64,000 bases of DNA, taken from the NCBI GenBank assembly GCA_964016885.1, contig CAXHJY010000184.1, positions 186,001-250,000 of the forward strand, given 5' to 3'. Below, in pieces: positions 27,090 through 41,100 of this stretch. This DNA is from Eledone cirrhosa (Eukaryota). Positions within the stretch are counted from its first letter, which is position 1; every line of letters starts with the position of its first letter. Both the position numbers and the translations under genes were made by a program. The notes beneath the pieces were generated by a model. That model saw nothing but the letters and a program-made list of their open reading frames with translations. It searched no databases and was not told the DNA's origin.

Positions 27090-30000
27090 CCCAGTCACTA
27101 CAAGACTATAGTCTTTCCCAGTCACTACAGGATTATAGTCTTTCCCAATCACTACAGGACTATAGTCTTTCCCAGTCACTACAGGACTATAGTCTTTCCC
27201 AGTCACTACAGGACTATAGTCTTTCCCAATCACTACAGGACTATAGTCTTTCCCAATCACTACAGGACTATAGTCTTTCCCAGTCACTACAGGACTATAG
27301 TCTTTCCCAATCACTACAGGACTATAGTCTTTCCCAGTCACTACAGGACTATAGTCTTTCCCAATCACTACAGGACTATAGTCTTTCCCAGTCACTACAG
27401 GACTACATTCTTTCACAGTCACTACAGGACTATAGTCTTTCCCAGTCACTACAGGACTATAGACTTTCCCAATCACTACAAGACTATAGTCTTTCCCAGT
27501 CACTACAGGACTATAGTATTTCCCAGTCACTACAGGACTATAGTCTTTCCCAGTCACTACAGGACTATAGTCTTTCCCAGTCACTACAGGACTATAGTCT
27601 TTCCCAGTCACTACAGGACTATAGTCTTTCCCAGTCACTACAGGACTATAGTCTTTCCCAGTCACTACAGGACTATAGTCTTTCCCAGTCACTACAAGAC
27701 TATAGTCTTTCCCAATCACTACAGGACTATAGTCTTTCCCAATCACTACAGGACTATAGTCTTTCCCAATCACTACAGGACTATAGTCTTTCCCAGTCAC
27801 TACAGGACTATAGTCTTTCCCAGTCACTACAGGACTATAGTCTTTCCCAGTCACTACAAGACTATAGTCTTTCCCAATTACTACAGGACTATAGTCTTTC
27901 CCAGTCACTACAGGACTATAGTCTTTCCCAATCACTACAGGACTATAGTCTTTCCCAGTCACTACAGGACTATAGACTTTCCCAATCACTACAAGACTAT
28001 AGTCTTTCCCAGTCACTACAGGACTATAGTTTTTCCCAGTCACTACAGGACTATAGCCTTTCCCAATCACTACAGGACTATAGTCTTTCCCAATCACTAC
28101 AGGACTATAGTCTTTCCAAGTCACTACAGGACTATAGTCTTTCCCAGTCACTACAGGACTATAGTCTTTCCCAGTCACTACAGGACTATAGTCTTTCCCA
28201 GTCACTACCGGACTATAGTCTTTCCCAATCACTACAGGACTATAGTCTTTCCCAGTCACTACAGGACTATTGTCTTTCCCAGTCACTACAGGACTATAGT
28301 CTTTCCCAGTCACTACAGGACTATAGTCTTTCCCAGTCACTACAGGACTATTGTCTTTCCCAGTCACTACAGGACTATAGTCTTTCCCAGTCACTACAGG
28401 ACTATAGTCTTTCCCAGTCACTACAGGACTATAGTCTCTCCCAGTCACTACAGGACTATAGTCCTTCCCAGTCACTACAGGACTATAATCTTTCCCAATC
28501 ACTACAGGACTATAGTCTTTCCCAGTCACTACAGGACTATAGTCTTTCCCAGTCACTACAGGACTATAGTCTTTCCCAGTCACTACAAGACTATAGTCTT
28601 TCCCAATCACTACAGGACTATAGTCTTTCCCAATCACTACAGGACTATAGTCTTTCCCAATCACTACAAGACTATAGTCTTTCCCAGTCACTACAGGACT
28701 ATAGTCTTTTCCAGTCACTACAGGACTATAGTCTTTCCCAGTCACTACAGGACTATAGTCTTTCCCAGTCACTACAGGACTATAGTCTTTCCCAGTCACT
28801 ACAGGGCTATAGTCTTTCCCAGTCACTACAGGACTATAGTCTTTCCCAATCACTACAGGACTATATTCTTTCCCAGTCACTACAGGACTATAGTCTTTCC
28901 CAGTCACTACAGGACTATAGTCTTTCCCAGTCACTACAGGACTATAGTCTTTCCCAGTCACTACAGGACTATAGTCTTTCCCAATCACTACAGGACTATA
29001 GTCTTTCCCAGTCACTACAGGACTATAGTCTTTCCCAATCACTACAGGACTACATTCTTTCCCAGTAACTACAGGACTATAGTCTTTCCCAGTCACTACA
29101 GGACTATAGTCTTTCCCAGTCACTACAGGACTATAGTCTTTCCCAGTCACTACAGGACTATAGTTTTTCCCAGTCACTACAGGACTATAGTCTTTCCCAA
29201 TCACTACAGGACTATAGTCTTTCCCAATCACTACAGGACTATAGTCTTTCCCAGTCACTACAAGACTATAGTCTTTCCCAGTCTCTACAGGATTATAGTC
29301 TTTCCCAATCACTACAGGACTATAGTCTTTCCCAGTCACTACAGGACTATAGTCTTTCCCAGTCACTACAGGACTATAGTCTTTCCCAATCACTACAGGA
29401 CTATAGTCTTTCCCAATCACTACAGGACTATAGTCTTTCCCAGTCACTACAGGACTATAGTCTTTCCCAATCACTACAGGACTATAGTCTTTCCCAGTCA
29501 CTACAGGACTATAGTCTTTCCCAATCACTACAGGACTATAGTCTTTCCCAGTCACTACAGGACTACATTCTTTCACAGTCACTACAGGACTATAGTCTTT
29601 CCCAGTCACTACAGGACTATAGACTTTCCCAATCACTACAAGACTATAGTCTTTCCCAGTCACTACAGGACTATAGTATTTCCCAGTCACTACAGGACTA
29701 TAGTCTTTCCCAGTCACTACAGGACTATAGTCTTTCCCAGTCACTACAGGACTATAGTCTTTCCCAGTCACTACAGGACTATAGTCTTTCCCAGTCACTA
29801 CAGGACTATAGTCTTTCCCAGTCACTACAGGACTATAGTCTTTCCCAGTCACTACAAGACTATAGTCTTTCCCAATCACTACAGGACTATAGTCTTTCCC
29901 AATCACTACAGGACTATAGTCTTTCCCAATCACTACAGGACTATAGTCTTTCCCAGTCACTACAGGACTATAGTCTTTCCCAGTCACTACAGGACTATAG

Positions 30001-31350
30001 TCTTTCCCAGTCACTACAAGACTATAGTCTTTCCCAATCACTACAGGACTATAGTCTTTCCCAGTCACTACAGGACTATAGTCTTTCCCAATCACTACAG
30101 GACTATAGTCTTTCCCAGTCACTACAGGACTATAGACTTTCCCAATCACTACAAGACTATAGTCTTTCCCAGTCACTACAGGACTATAGTTTTTCCCAGT
30201 CACTACAGGACTATAGCCTTTCCCAATCACTACAGGACTATAGTCTTTCCCAGTCACTACAGGACTATTGTCTTTCCCAGTCACTACAGGACTATAGTCT
30301 TTCCCAGTCACTACAGGACTATAGTCTTTCCCAGTCACTACAGGACTATAGTCTTTCCCAGTCACTACAGGACTATAGTCTTTCCCAATCACTACAGGAC
30401 TATAGTCTTTCTCAGTCACTACAGGACTATAGTCTTTCCCAGTCACTACAGGACTATAGTCTTTCCCAGTCACTACAGGACTATAGTCCTTCCCAGTCAC
30501 TACAGGACTATAATCTTTCCCAATCACTACAGGACTATAGTCTTTCCCAGTCACTACAGGACTATAGTCTTTCCCAGTCACTACAGGACTATAGTCTTTC
30601 CCAGTCACTACAAGACTATAGTCTTTCCCAATCACTACAGGACTATAGTCTTTCCCAATCACTACAGGACTATAGTCTTTCCCAATCACTACAAGACTAT
30701 AGTCTTTCCCAGTCACTACAGGACTATAGTCTTTCCCAGTTACTACAGGACTATAGTCTTTCCCAGTCACTACAGGACTATAGTCTTTTCCAGTCACTAC
30801 AGGACTATAGTCTTTCCCAGTCACTACAGGACTATAGTCTTTCCCAGTCACTACAGGACTATAGTCTTTCCCAGTCACTACAGGGCTATAGTCTTTCCCA
30901 GTCACTACAGGACTATAGTCTTTCCCAATCACTACAGGACTATATTCTTTCCCAGTCACTACAGGACTATAGTCTTTCCCAGTCACTACAGGACTATAGT
31001 CTTTCCCAGTCACTACAGGACTATAGTCTTTCCCAGTCACTACAGGACTATAGTCTTTCCCAATCACTACAGGACTATAGTCTTTCCCAGTCACTACAGG
31101 ACTATAGTCTTTCCCAATCACTACAGGACTACATTCTTTCCCAGTCACTACAGGACTATAGTCTTTCCCAGTCACTACAGGACTATAGTCTTTCCCAGTC
31201 ACTACAGGACTATAGTCTTTCCCAGTCACTACAGGACTATAGTTTTTCCCAGTCACTACAGGACTATAGTCTTTCCCAATCACTACAGGACTATAGTCTT
31301 TCCCAATCACTACAGGACTATAGTCTTTCCCAGTCACTACAAGACTATAG
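27090..31350 (+). repeat. About 2,160-bp (80-monomer) tandem duplication with internal copy-number differences
   Basis: Lines starting 27361/29521 (TACATTCTTTCACAG) and 28021/30181 (TTTTCCC...AGCCTT) match at +2160. The TATATTC marker (28862/30941) is offset 2079 = 77 x 27. Confidence 0.88.
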
Positions 31351-34300
31351 TCTTTCCCAGTCACTACAGGACTATAGTCTTTCCCAATCACTACAGGACT
31401 ATAGTCTTTCCCAGTCACTACAAGACTATAGTCTTTCCCAGTCACTACAGGACTATAGTCTTTCCCAGTCACTACAGGACTATAGTCTTTCCCAGTCACT
31501 ACAGGACTATAGTCTTTCCCAGTCACTACAGGACTATAGTCTTTCCCAGTCACTACAGGACTATAGTCTTTCCCAGTCACTACAGGACTATAGACTTTCC
31601 CAGTCACTACAGGACTATAGACTTTCCCAGTCACTACAGGACTATAGTCTTTCCCAATCACTACAGGACTACATTCTTTCCCAGTCACTACAGGACTATA
31701 GTCTTTCCCAGTCACTACAGGACTATAGTCTTTCCCAGTCACTACAGGACTATAGTCTTTCCCAGTCACTACAGGACTATAGTTTTTCCCAGTCACTACA
31801 GGACTATAGTCTTTCCCAATCACTACAGGACTATAGTCTTTCCCAATCACTACAGGACTATAGTCTTTCCCAGTCACTACAAGACTATAGTCTTTCCCAG
31901 TCACTACAGGACTATAGTCTTTCCCAATCACTACAGGACTATAGTCTTTCCCAGTCACTACAGGACTATAGTCTTTCCCAGTCACTACAGGACTATAGTC
32001 TTTCCCAGTCACTACAGGACTATAGTCTTTCCCAGTCACTACAGGACTACTTTCTTTCCCAGTCACTACAGGACTATAGTCTTTCCCAATCACTACAGGA
32101 CTATAGTCTTTCCCAGTCACTACAGGACTATAGTCTTTCCCAGTCACTACAGGACTATAGTCTTTCCCAATCACTACAGGACTATAGTCTTTCCCAGTCA
32201 CTACAGGACTACATTCTTTCCCAGTCACTACAGGACTATAGTCTTTCCCAATCACCACAGGACTATAGTCTTTCCCAGTCACTACAGGACTATAGTCTTT
32301 CCCAATCACTACAGGACTATAGTCTTTCCCAGTCACTACAAGACTATAGTCTTTCCTAGTCACTACAAGACTATAGTCTTGCCCAGTCAGTCACTACAGG
32401 ACTATAGTCTTTTCCAGTCATTACAGGACTATAGTCTTTCCCAGTCACTACAGGACTATAGTCTTTCCCAGTTACTACAGGACTATAGACTTTCCCAGTC
32501 ACTACAGGACTATAGTCTTTCCCAGTCACTACAGGACTATAGTCTTTCCCAATCACTACAGGACTACATTCTTTCCCAGTCACTACAGGACTATAGTCTT
32601 TCCCAGTCACTACAGGACTATAGTCTTTCCCAGTCACTACAGGACTATAGTCTTTCCCAATCACTACAGGACTATAGTCTTTCCCAATCACTACAGGATT
32701 ATAGTCTTTCCCAGTCACTACAAGACTATAGTCTTTCCCAGTCACTACAGGACTATAGTCTTTCCCAATCACTACAGGCTATAGTCTTTCCCAGTCACTA
32801 CAGGACTATAGTCTTTCCCAGTCACTACAGGACTATAGTCTTTCCCAGTCACTACAGGACTATAGTCTTTCCCAGTCACTACAGGACTACATTCTTTCCC
32901 AGTCACTACAGGACTATAGTCTTTCCCAATCACTACAGGACTATAGTCTTTCCCAGTCACTACAGGACTATAGTCTTTCCCAGTCACTACAGGACTACAT
33001 TCTTTCCCAGTCACTACAGGACTATAGTCTTTCCCAATCACCACAGGACTATAGTCTTTCCCAGTCACTACAGGACTATAGTCTTTCCCAATCACTACAG
33101 GACTATAGTCTTTCCCAGTCACTACAAGACTATAGTCTTTCCTAGTCACTACAAGACTATAGTCTTGCCCAGTCAGTCACTACAGGACTATAGTCTTTTC
33201 CAGTCACTACAGGACTATAGTCTTTCCCAGTCACTACAGGACTATAGTCTTTCCCAGTCACTACAGGACTATAGTCTTTCCCAGTCACTACAGGACTATA
33301 GTCTTTCCCAGTCACTACAGGACTATAGTCTTTCCCAATCACTACAGGACTACATTCTTTCCCAGTCACTACAGGACTATAGTGTTTCCCAGTCACTACA
33401 GGACTATAGTCTTTCCCAGTCACTACAGGACTATAGTCTTTCCCAGTCACTACAGGACTATAGTTTTTCCCAGTCACTACAGGACTATAGTCTTTCCCAA
33501 TCACTACAGGACTATAATCTTTCCCAATCACTACAGGACTATAGTCTTTCCCAGTCACTACAAGACTATAGTCTTTCCCAGTCACTACAGGACTATAGTC
33601 TTTCCCAATCACTACAGGACTATAGTCTTTCCCAGTCACTACAGGACTATAGTCTTTCCCAGTCACTACAGGACTATAGTCTTTCCCAGTCACTACAGGA
33701 CTATAGTCTTTCCCAGTCACTACAGGACTATAGTCTTTCCCAATCACTACAAGACTATAGTCTTTCCCAGTCACTACAGGACTATAGTCTTTCCCAATCA
33801 CTACAGGACTATAGTCTTTCCCAGTCACAACAGGACTATAGTCTTTCCCAGTCACTACAGGACTATAGTCTTTCCCAGTCACTACAGGACTACATTCTTT
33901 CCCAGTCACTACAGGACTATAGTCTTTCCCAATCACTACAGGTCTATAGTCTTTCCCAGTCACTACAGGACTATAGTCTTTCCCAGTCACTACAGGACTA
34001 TAGTCTTTCCCAATCACTACAGGACTATAGTCTTTCCCAGTCACTACAGGACTATAGTCTTTCCCAGTCACTACAGGACTATAGTCTTTCCCAGTCACTA
34101 CAGGACTATAGTCTTTCCCAGTCACTACAGGACTATAGTCTTTCCCAGTCACTACAGGACTATAGTCTTTCCCAATCATTACAGGACTATAGTCTTTCCC
34201 AGTCACTACAGGACTACATTCTTTCCCAGTCACTACAGGACTATAGTCTTTCCCAATCACTACAGGACTATAGTCTTTCCCAGTCACTACAGGACTACAT

Positions 34301-37300
34301 TCTTTCCCAGTCACTACAGGACTATAGTCTTTCCCAGTCACTACAGGACTATAGTCTTTCCCAGTCACTACAGGACTATAGTCTTTCCCAGTCACTACAG
34401 GACTATAGTCTTTCCCAATCACTACAGGACTATAGTCTTTCCCAGTCACTACAGGACTACATTCTTTCCCAGTCACTACAGGACTATAGTCTTTCCCAAT
34501 CACCACAGGACTATAGTCTTTCCCAGTCACTACAGGACTATAGTCTTTCCCAATCACTACAGGACTATAGTCTTTCCCAGTCACTACAAGACTATAGTCT
34601 TTCCCAGTCACTACAAGACTATAGTCTTGCCCAGTCAGTCACTACAGGACTATAGTCTTTTCCAGTCACTACAGGACTATAGTCTTTCCCAGTCACTACA
34701 GGACTATAGTCTTTCCCAGACACTACAGGACTATAGTCTTTCCCAGTCACTACAGGACTATAGTCTTTCCCAGTGACTACAGGACTATAGTCTTTCCCAA
34801 TCACTACAGGACTACATTCTTTCCCAGTCACTACAGGACTATAGACTTTCCCAGTCACTACAGGACTATAGTCTTTCCCAGTCACTACAGGACTATAGTC
34901 TTTCCCAGTCACTACAGGACTATAGTCTTTCCCAGTCACTACAGGACTATAGTCTTTCCCAGTCACTACAGGACTATAGTCTTTCCCAGTCACTACAGGA
35001 CTATAGTCTTTCCCAGTCACTACAGGACTATAGTCTTTCCCAGTCACTACAAGACTATAGTCTTTCCCAATCACTACAGGACTATAGTCTTTCCCAATCA
35101 CTACAGGACTATAGTCTTTCCCAATCACTACAGGACTATAGTCTTTCCCAGTCACTACAGGACTATAGTCTTTCCCAGTCACTACAGGACTATAGTCTTT
35201 CCCAATCACTACAGGTCTATAGTCTTTCCCAGTCACTACAGGACTACATTCTTTCCCAGTCACTACAGGACTATAGTCTTTCCCAATCACTACAGGACTA
35301 TAGTCTTTCCCAGTCACTACAGGACTACATTCTTTCCCAGTCACTACAGGACTATAGTCTTTCCCAATCACCACAGGACTATAGTCTTTCCCAGTCACTA
35401 CAGGACTATAGTCTTTCCCAATCACTACAGGACTATAGTCTTTCCCAGTCACTACAAGACTATAGTCTTTCCCAGTCACTACAAGACTATAGTCTTGCCC
35501 AGTCAGTCACTACAGGACTATAGTCTTTTCCAGTCACTACAGAACTATAGTCTTTCCCAGTCACTACAGGACTATAGTATTTCCAAGTCACTACAGGACT
35601 ATAGTCTTTCCCAGTCACTACAGGACTATAGTCTTTCCCAGTCACTACAAGACTATAGTCTTTCCCAGTCACTACAGGATTATAGTCTTTCCCAATCACT
35701 ACAGGACTATAGTCTTTCCCAGTCACTACAGGACTATAGTCTTTCCCAGTCACTCCAGGACTATAGTCTTTCCCAATCACTACAGGACTATAGTCTTTCC
35801 CAGTCACTACAGGACTATAGTCTTTCCCAGTCACTACAGGACTATAGTCTTTCTCAATCACTACAGGACTATAGTCTTTCCCAATCACTACAGGACTATA
35901 GTCTTTCCCAGTCACTACAGGACTATAGTCTTTCCCAGTCACTACAGCACTATAGTCTTTCCCAGTCACTACAGGACTATAGTCTTTCCCAATCACTACA
36001 GGACTATAGTCTTTCCCAGTCACTACAGGACTATATTCTTTCCCAGTCACTACAAGACTATAGTCTTTCCCAATCACTACAGGACTATAGACTTTCCCAA
36101 TCACTACAGGACTATAGTCTTTCCCAATCACTACAAGACTATAGTCTTTCCCAGTCACAACAGGACTATAGCCTTTCCCAGTTACTACAGGACTATAGTC
36201 TTTCCCAGTCACTACAGGACTATAGTCTTTCCCAGTCACTACAGGGCTATAGTCTTTCCCAGTCACTACAGGACTATAGTCTTTCCCAGTCACTACAGGA
36301 CTATAGTCTTTCCCAGTCACTACAGGGCTATAGTCTTTCCCAGTCACTACAGGACTACATTCTTTCCCAGTCACTACAGGACTATAGTCTTTCCCAGTCA
36401 CTACAGGACTATAGTCTTTACCAGTCACTACAGGACTATAGTCTTTCCCAGTCACTACAGGACTATAGTCTTTCCCAATCATTACAGGACTATAGTCTTT
36501 CCCAGTCACTACAGGACTACATTCTTTCCCAGTCACTACAGGACTATAGTCTTTCCCAATCACTACAGGACTATAGTCTTTCCCAGTCACTACAGGACTA
36601 CATTCTTTCCCAGTCACTACAGGACTATAGTCTTTCCCAGTCACTACAGGACTATAGTCTTTCCCAGTCACTACAGGACTATAGTCTTTCCCAGTCACTA
36701 CAGGACTATAGTCTTTCCCAATCACTACAGGACTATAGTCTTTCCCAGTCACTACAGGACTACATTCTTTCCCAGTCACTACAGGACTATAGTCTTTCCC
36801 AATCACCACAGGACTATAGTCTTTCCCAGTCACTACAGGACTATAGTCTTTCCCAATCACTACAGGACTATAGTCTTTCCCAGTCACTACAAGACTATAG
36901 TCTTTCCCAGTCACTACAAGACTATAGTCTTGCCCAGTCAGTCACTACAGGACTAAAGTCTTTTCCAGTCACTACAGGACTATAGTCTTTCCCAGTCACT
37001 ACAGGACTATAGTCTTTCCCAGACACTACAGGACTATAGTCTTTCCCAGTCACTACAGGACTATAGTCTTTCCCAGTGACTACAGGACTATAGTCTTTCC
37101 CAATCACTACAGGACTACATTCTTTCCCAGTCACTACAGGACTATAGTCTTTCCCAGTCACTACAGGACTATAGTCTTTCCCAGTCACTACAGGACTATA
37201 GTTTTTCCCAGTCACTACAGGACTATAGTCTTTCCCAATCACTACAGGACTATAGTCTTTCCCAATCACTACAGGACTATAGTCTTTCCCAATCACTACA

Positions 37301-38163
37301 GGACTATAGTCTTTCCCAGTCACTACAGGACTATAGTCATTCCTAGTCACTACAGGACTATAGTCTTTCCCAGTCACTACAGGACTACATTCTTTCCCAG
37401 TCACTACAGGACTTTAGTCTTTCCCAATCACTACAGGACTATAGTCTTTCCCAGTCACTACAGGACTATAGTCTTTCCCAGTCACTACAGGACTATAGTC
37501 TTTCCCAATCACTACAGGACTATAGTCTTTCCCAGTCACTACAGGACTATAGTCTTTCCCAGTCACTACAGGACTATAGTCTTTCCCAGTCACTACAGGA
37601 CTATAGTCTTTCCCAGTCACTACAGGACTATAGTCTTTCCCAGTCACTACAGGACTATAGTCTTTCCCAGTCACTACAGGACTATAGTGTTTCCCAGTCA
37701 CTACAGGACTATAGTCTTTCCCAGTCACTACAGGACTATAGTCCTTCCCAGTCGCTACAGGACTATAGTCTTTCCCAATCACTACAGGACTATAGTCTTT
37801 CCCAGTCACTACAGGACTATAGTCTTTCCCAATCACTACAGGACTATAGTCTTTCCCAGTCACTACAGGACTACATTCTTTCCCAGTCACTACAGGACTA
37901 TAGTCATTCCCAGTCACTACAGGACTATAGTCTTTCCCAATCACTACAGGACTATAGTCTTTCCCAGTCACTACAGGACTACATTCTTTCCCAGTCACTA
38001 CAGGACTATAGTCCTTCCCAGTCACTACAGGACTATAGTCTTTCCCAATCACCACAGGACTATAGTCTTTCCCAGTCACTACAGGACTATAGTCTTTCCC
38101 AATCACTACAGGACTATAGTCTTTCCCAGTCACTACAAGACTATAGTCTTTCCCAGTCACTAC

Positions 38164-41100
38164 AAGACTATAGTCTTGCCCAGTCAGTCACTACAGGACT
38201 ATAGTCTTTTCCAGTCACTACAGGACTATAGTCTTTCCCAGTCACTACAGGACTATAGTCTTTCCCAGTCACTACAGGACTATAGTCTTTCCCAGTCACT
38301 ACAGGACTATAGTTTTTCCCAGTCACTACAGGACTATAGTCTTTTCCAATCACTACAGGACTACATTCTTTCCCAGTCACTACAGGACTATAGTCTTTCC
38401 CAGTCACTACAGGACTATAGTCTTTCCCAGTCACTACAGGACTATAGTCTTTCCCAGTCACTACAGGACTATAGTTTTTCCCAGTCACTACAGGACTATA
38501 GTCTTTCCCAATCACTACAGGACTATAGTATTTCCCAATCACTACAGGACTATAGTCTTTCCCAATCAATACAAGACTATAGTCTTTCCCAGTCACTACA
38601 GGACTATAGTCTTTCCCAATCACTACAGGACTATAGTCTTTCCCAATCACTACAGGACTATAGTCTTTCCCAGTCACTACAGGACTATAGTCTTTCCCAG
38701 TCACTACAGGACTATAGTCTTTCCCAGTCACTACAGGACTATAGTCTTTCCCAGTCACTACAAGACTATAGTCTTTCCCAATCACTACAGGACTATAGTC
38801 TTTCCCAATCACTACAGGACTATAGTCTTTCCCAGTCACTACAGGACTATAGTCTTTCCCAGTCACTACAGGACTATAGTCTTTCCCAGTCACTACAGGA
38901 CTATAGTCTTTCCCAGTCACTACAGGACTATAGTCTTTCCCAGTCACTACAAGACTATAGTCTTTCCCAGTCACTACAGGATTATAGTCTTTCCCAATCA
39001 CTACAGGACTATAGTCTTTCCCAGTTACTACAGGACTATAGTCTTTCCCAATCACTACAGGACTATAGTCTTTCCCAGTCACTACAGGACTATAGTCTTT
39101 CCCAGTCACTACAGGACTATAGTCTTTCCCAGTCACTACAGGACTATAGTCTTTCCCAGTCACTACAGGACTATAGTCTTTCCCAGTCACTACAGGACTA
39201 TAGTCTTTCCCAATCACTACAGGACTATAGTCTTTCCCAGTCACTACAGGACTATAGTCTTTCCCAGTCACTACAAGACTATAGTCTTTCCCAGTCACTA
39301 CAGGACTATAGTCTTTCCCAATCACTACAGGACTATAGTCTTTCCCAGTCACTACAGGACTATAGTCTTTCCCAGTCACTACAGGACTATAGTCTTTCCC
39401 AGTCACTACAGGACTATAGTCTTTCCCAGTCACTACAGGACTATAGTCTTTCCCAGTCACTACAAGACTATAGTCTTTCCCAATCACTACAGGACTATAG
39501 TCTTTCCCAATCACTACAGGACTATAGTCTTTCCCAATCACTACAGGACTATAGTCTTTCCCAGTCACTACAGGACTATAGTCTTTCCCAGTCACTACAG
39601 GACTATAGTCTTTCCCAGTCACTACAAGACTATAGTCTTTCCCAATCACTACAGGACTATAGTCTTTCCCAGTCACTACAGGACTATAGTCTTTCCCAAT
39701 CACTACAGGACTATAGTCTTTCCCAGTCACTACAAGACTATAGTCTTTCCCAATCACTACAGGACTATAGTCTTTCCCAATCACTACAGGACTATAGTCT
39801 TTCGCAGTCACTACAGGACTATAGTCTTTCCCAGTCACTATAGGACTATAGTATTTCCCAGTCACTACAGGACTATAGTCTTTCCCAGTCACTACAGGAC
39901 TATAGTCTTTCCCAGTCACTACAGGGCTATAGTCTTTCCCAGTCACTACATGACTACAGACTTTCCCAGTCACTACAGGACTATAGTCTTTCCCAGTCAC
40001 TACAGGACTATAGTCTTTCCCAGTCACTACAGGACTATAGTCTTTCCCAATCACTACAGGACTATAGTCTTTCCCAGTCACTACAGGACTATAGTCTTTC
40101 CCAGTCACTACAAGACTATAGTCTTTCCCAGTCACTACAGGATTATAGTCTTTCCCAATCACTACAGGACTATAGTCTTTCCCAGTCACTACAGGACTAT
40201 AGACTTTCCCAGTCACTACAGGACTATAGTCTTTCCCAATCACTACAGGACTATAGTCTTTCCCAGTCACTACAGGACTATAGTCTTTCCCAGTCACTAC
40301 AGGACTATAGTCTTTCCCAGTCACTACAGGACTATAGTCTTTCCCAGTCACTACAGGACTATAGTCTTTCCCAATCACTACAGGACTATAGACTTTCCCA
40401 GTCACTACAGGACTATAGTCTTTCCCAGTCACTACAAGACTATAGTCTTTCCCAGTCACTACAGGACTATAGTCTTTCCCAATCACTACAGGACTATAGT
40501 CTTTCCCAGTCACTACAGGACTATAGTCTTTCCCAGTCACTACAGGACTATAGTCTTTCCCAGTCACTACAGGACTATAGTCTTTCCCAGTCACTACAGG
40601 ACTATAGTCTTTCCCAGTCACTACAGGACTATAGTCTTTCCCAGTCACTACAAGACTATAGTCTTTCCCAATCACTACAGGACTATAGACTTTCCCAATC
40701 ACTACAGGACTATAGTCTTTCCCAATCACTACAAGACTATAGTCTTTCCCAGTCACTACAGGACTATAGTCTTTCCCAGTTACTACAGGACTATAGTCTT
40801 TCCCAGTCAATACAGGACTATAGTCTTTCCCAGTCACTACAGGACTATAGTCTTTCCCAGTCACTACAGGACTATAGTCTTTCCCAGTCACTACAGGACT
40901 ATAGTCTTTCCCAGTCACTACAGGGCTATAGTCTTTCACAGTCACTACAGGACTATAGTCTTTCCCAATCACTACAGGACTACATTCTTTCCCAGTCACT
41001 ACAGGACTATAGTCTTTCCCAGTCACTACAGGACTATAGTCTTTCCCAGTCAGTACAGGACTATAGTCTTTCCCAGTCACTACAGGACTATAGTCTTTCC

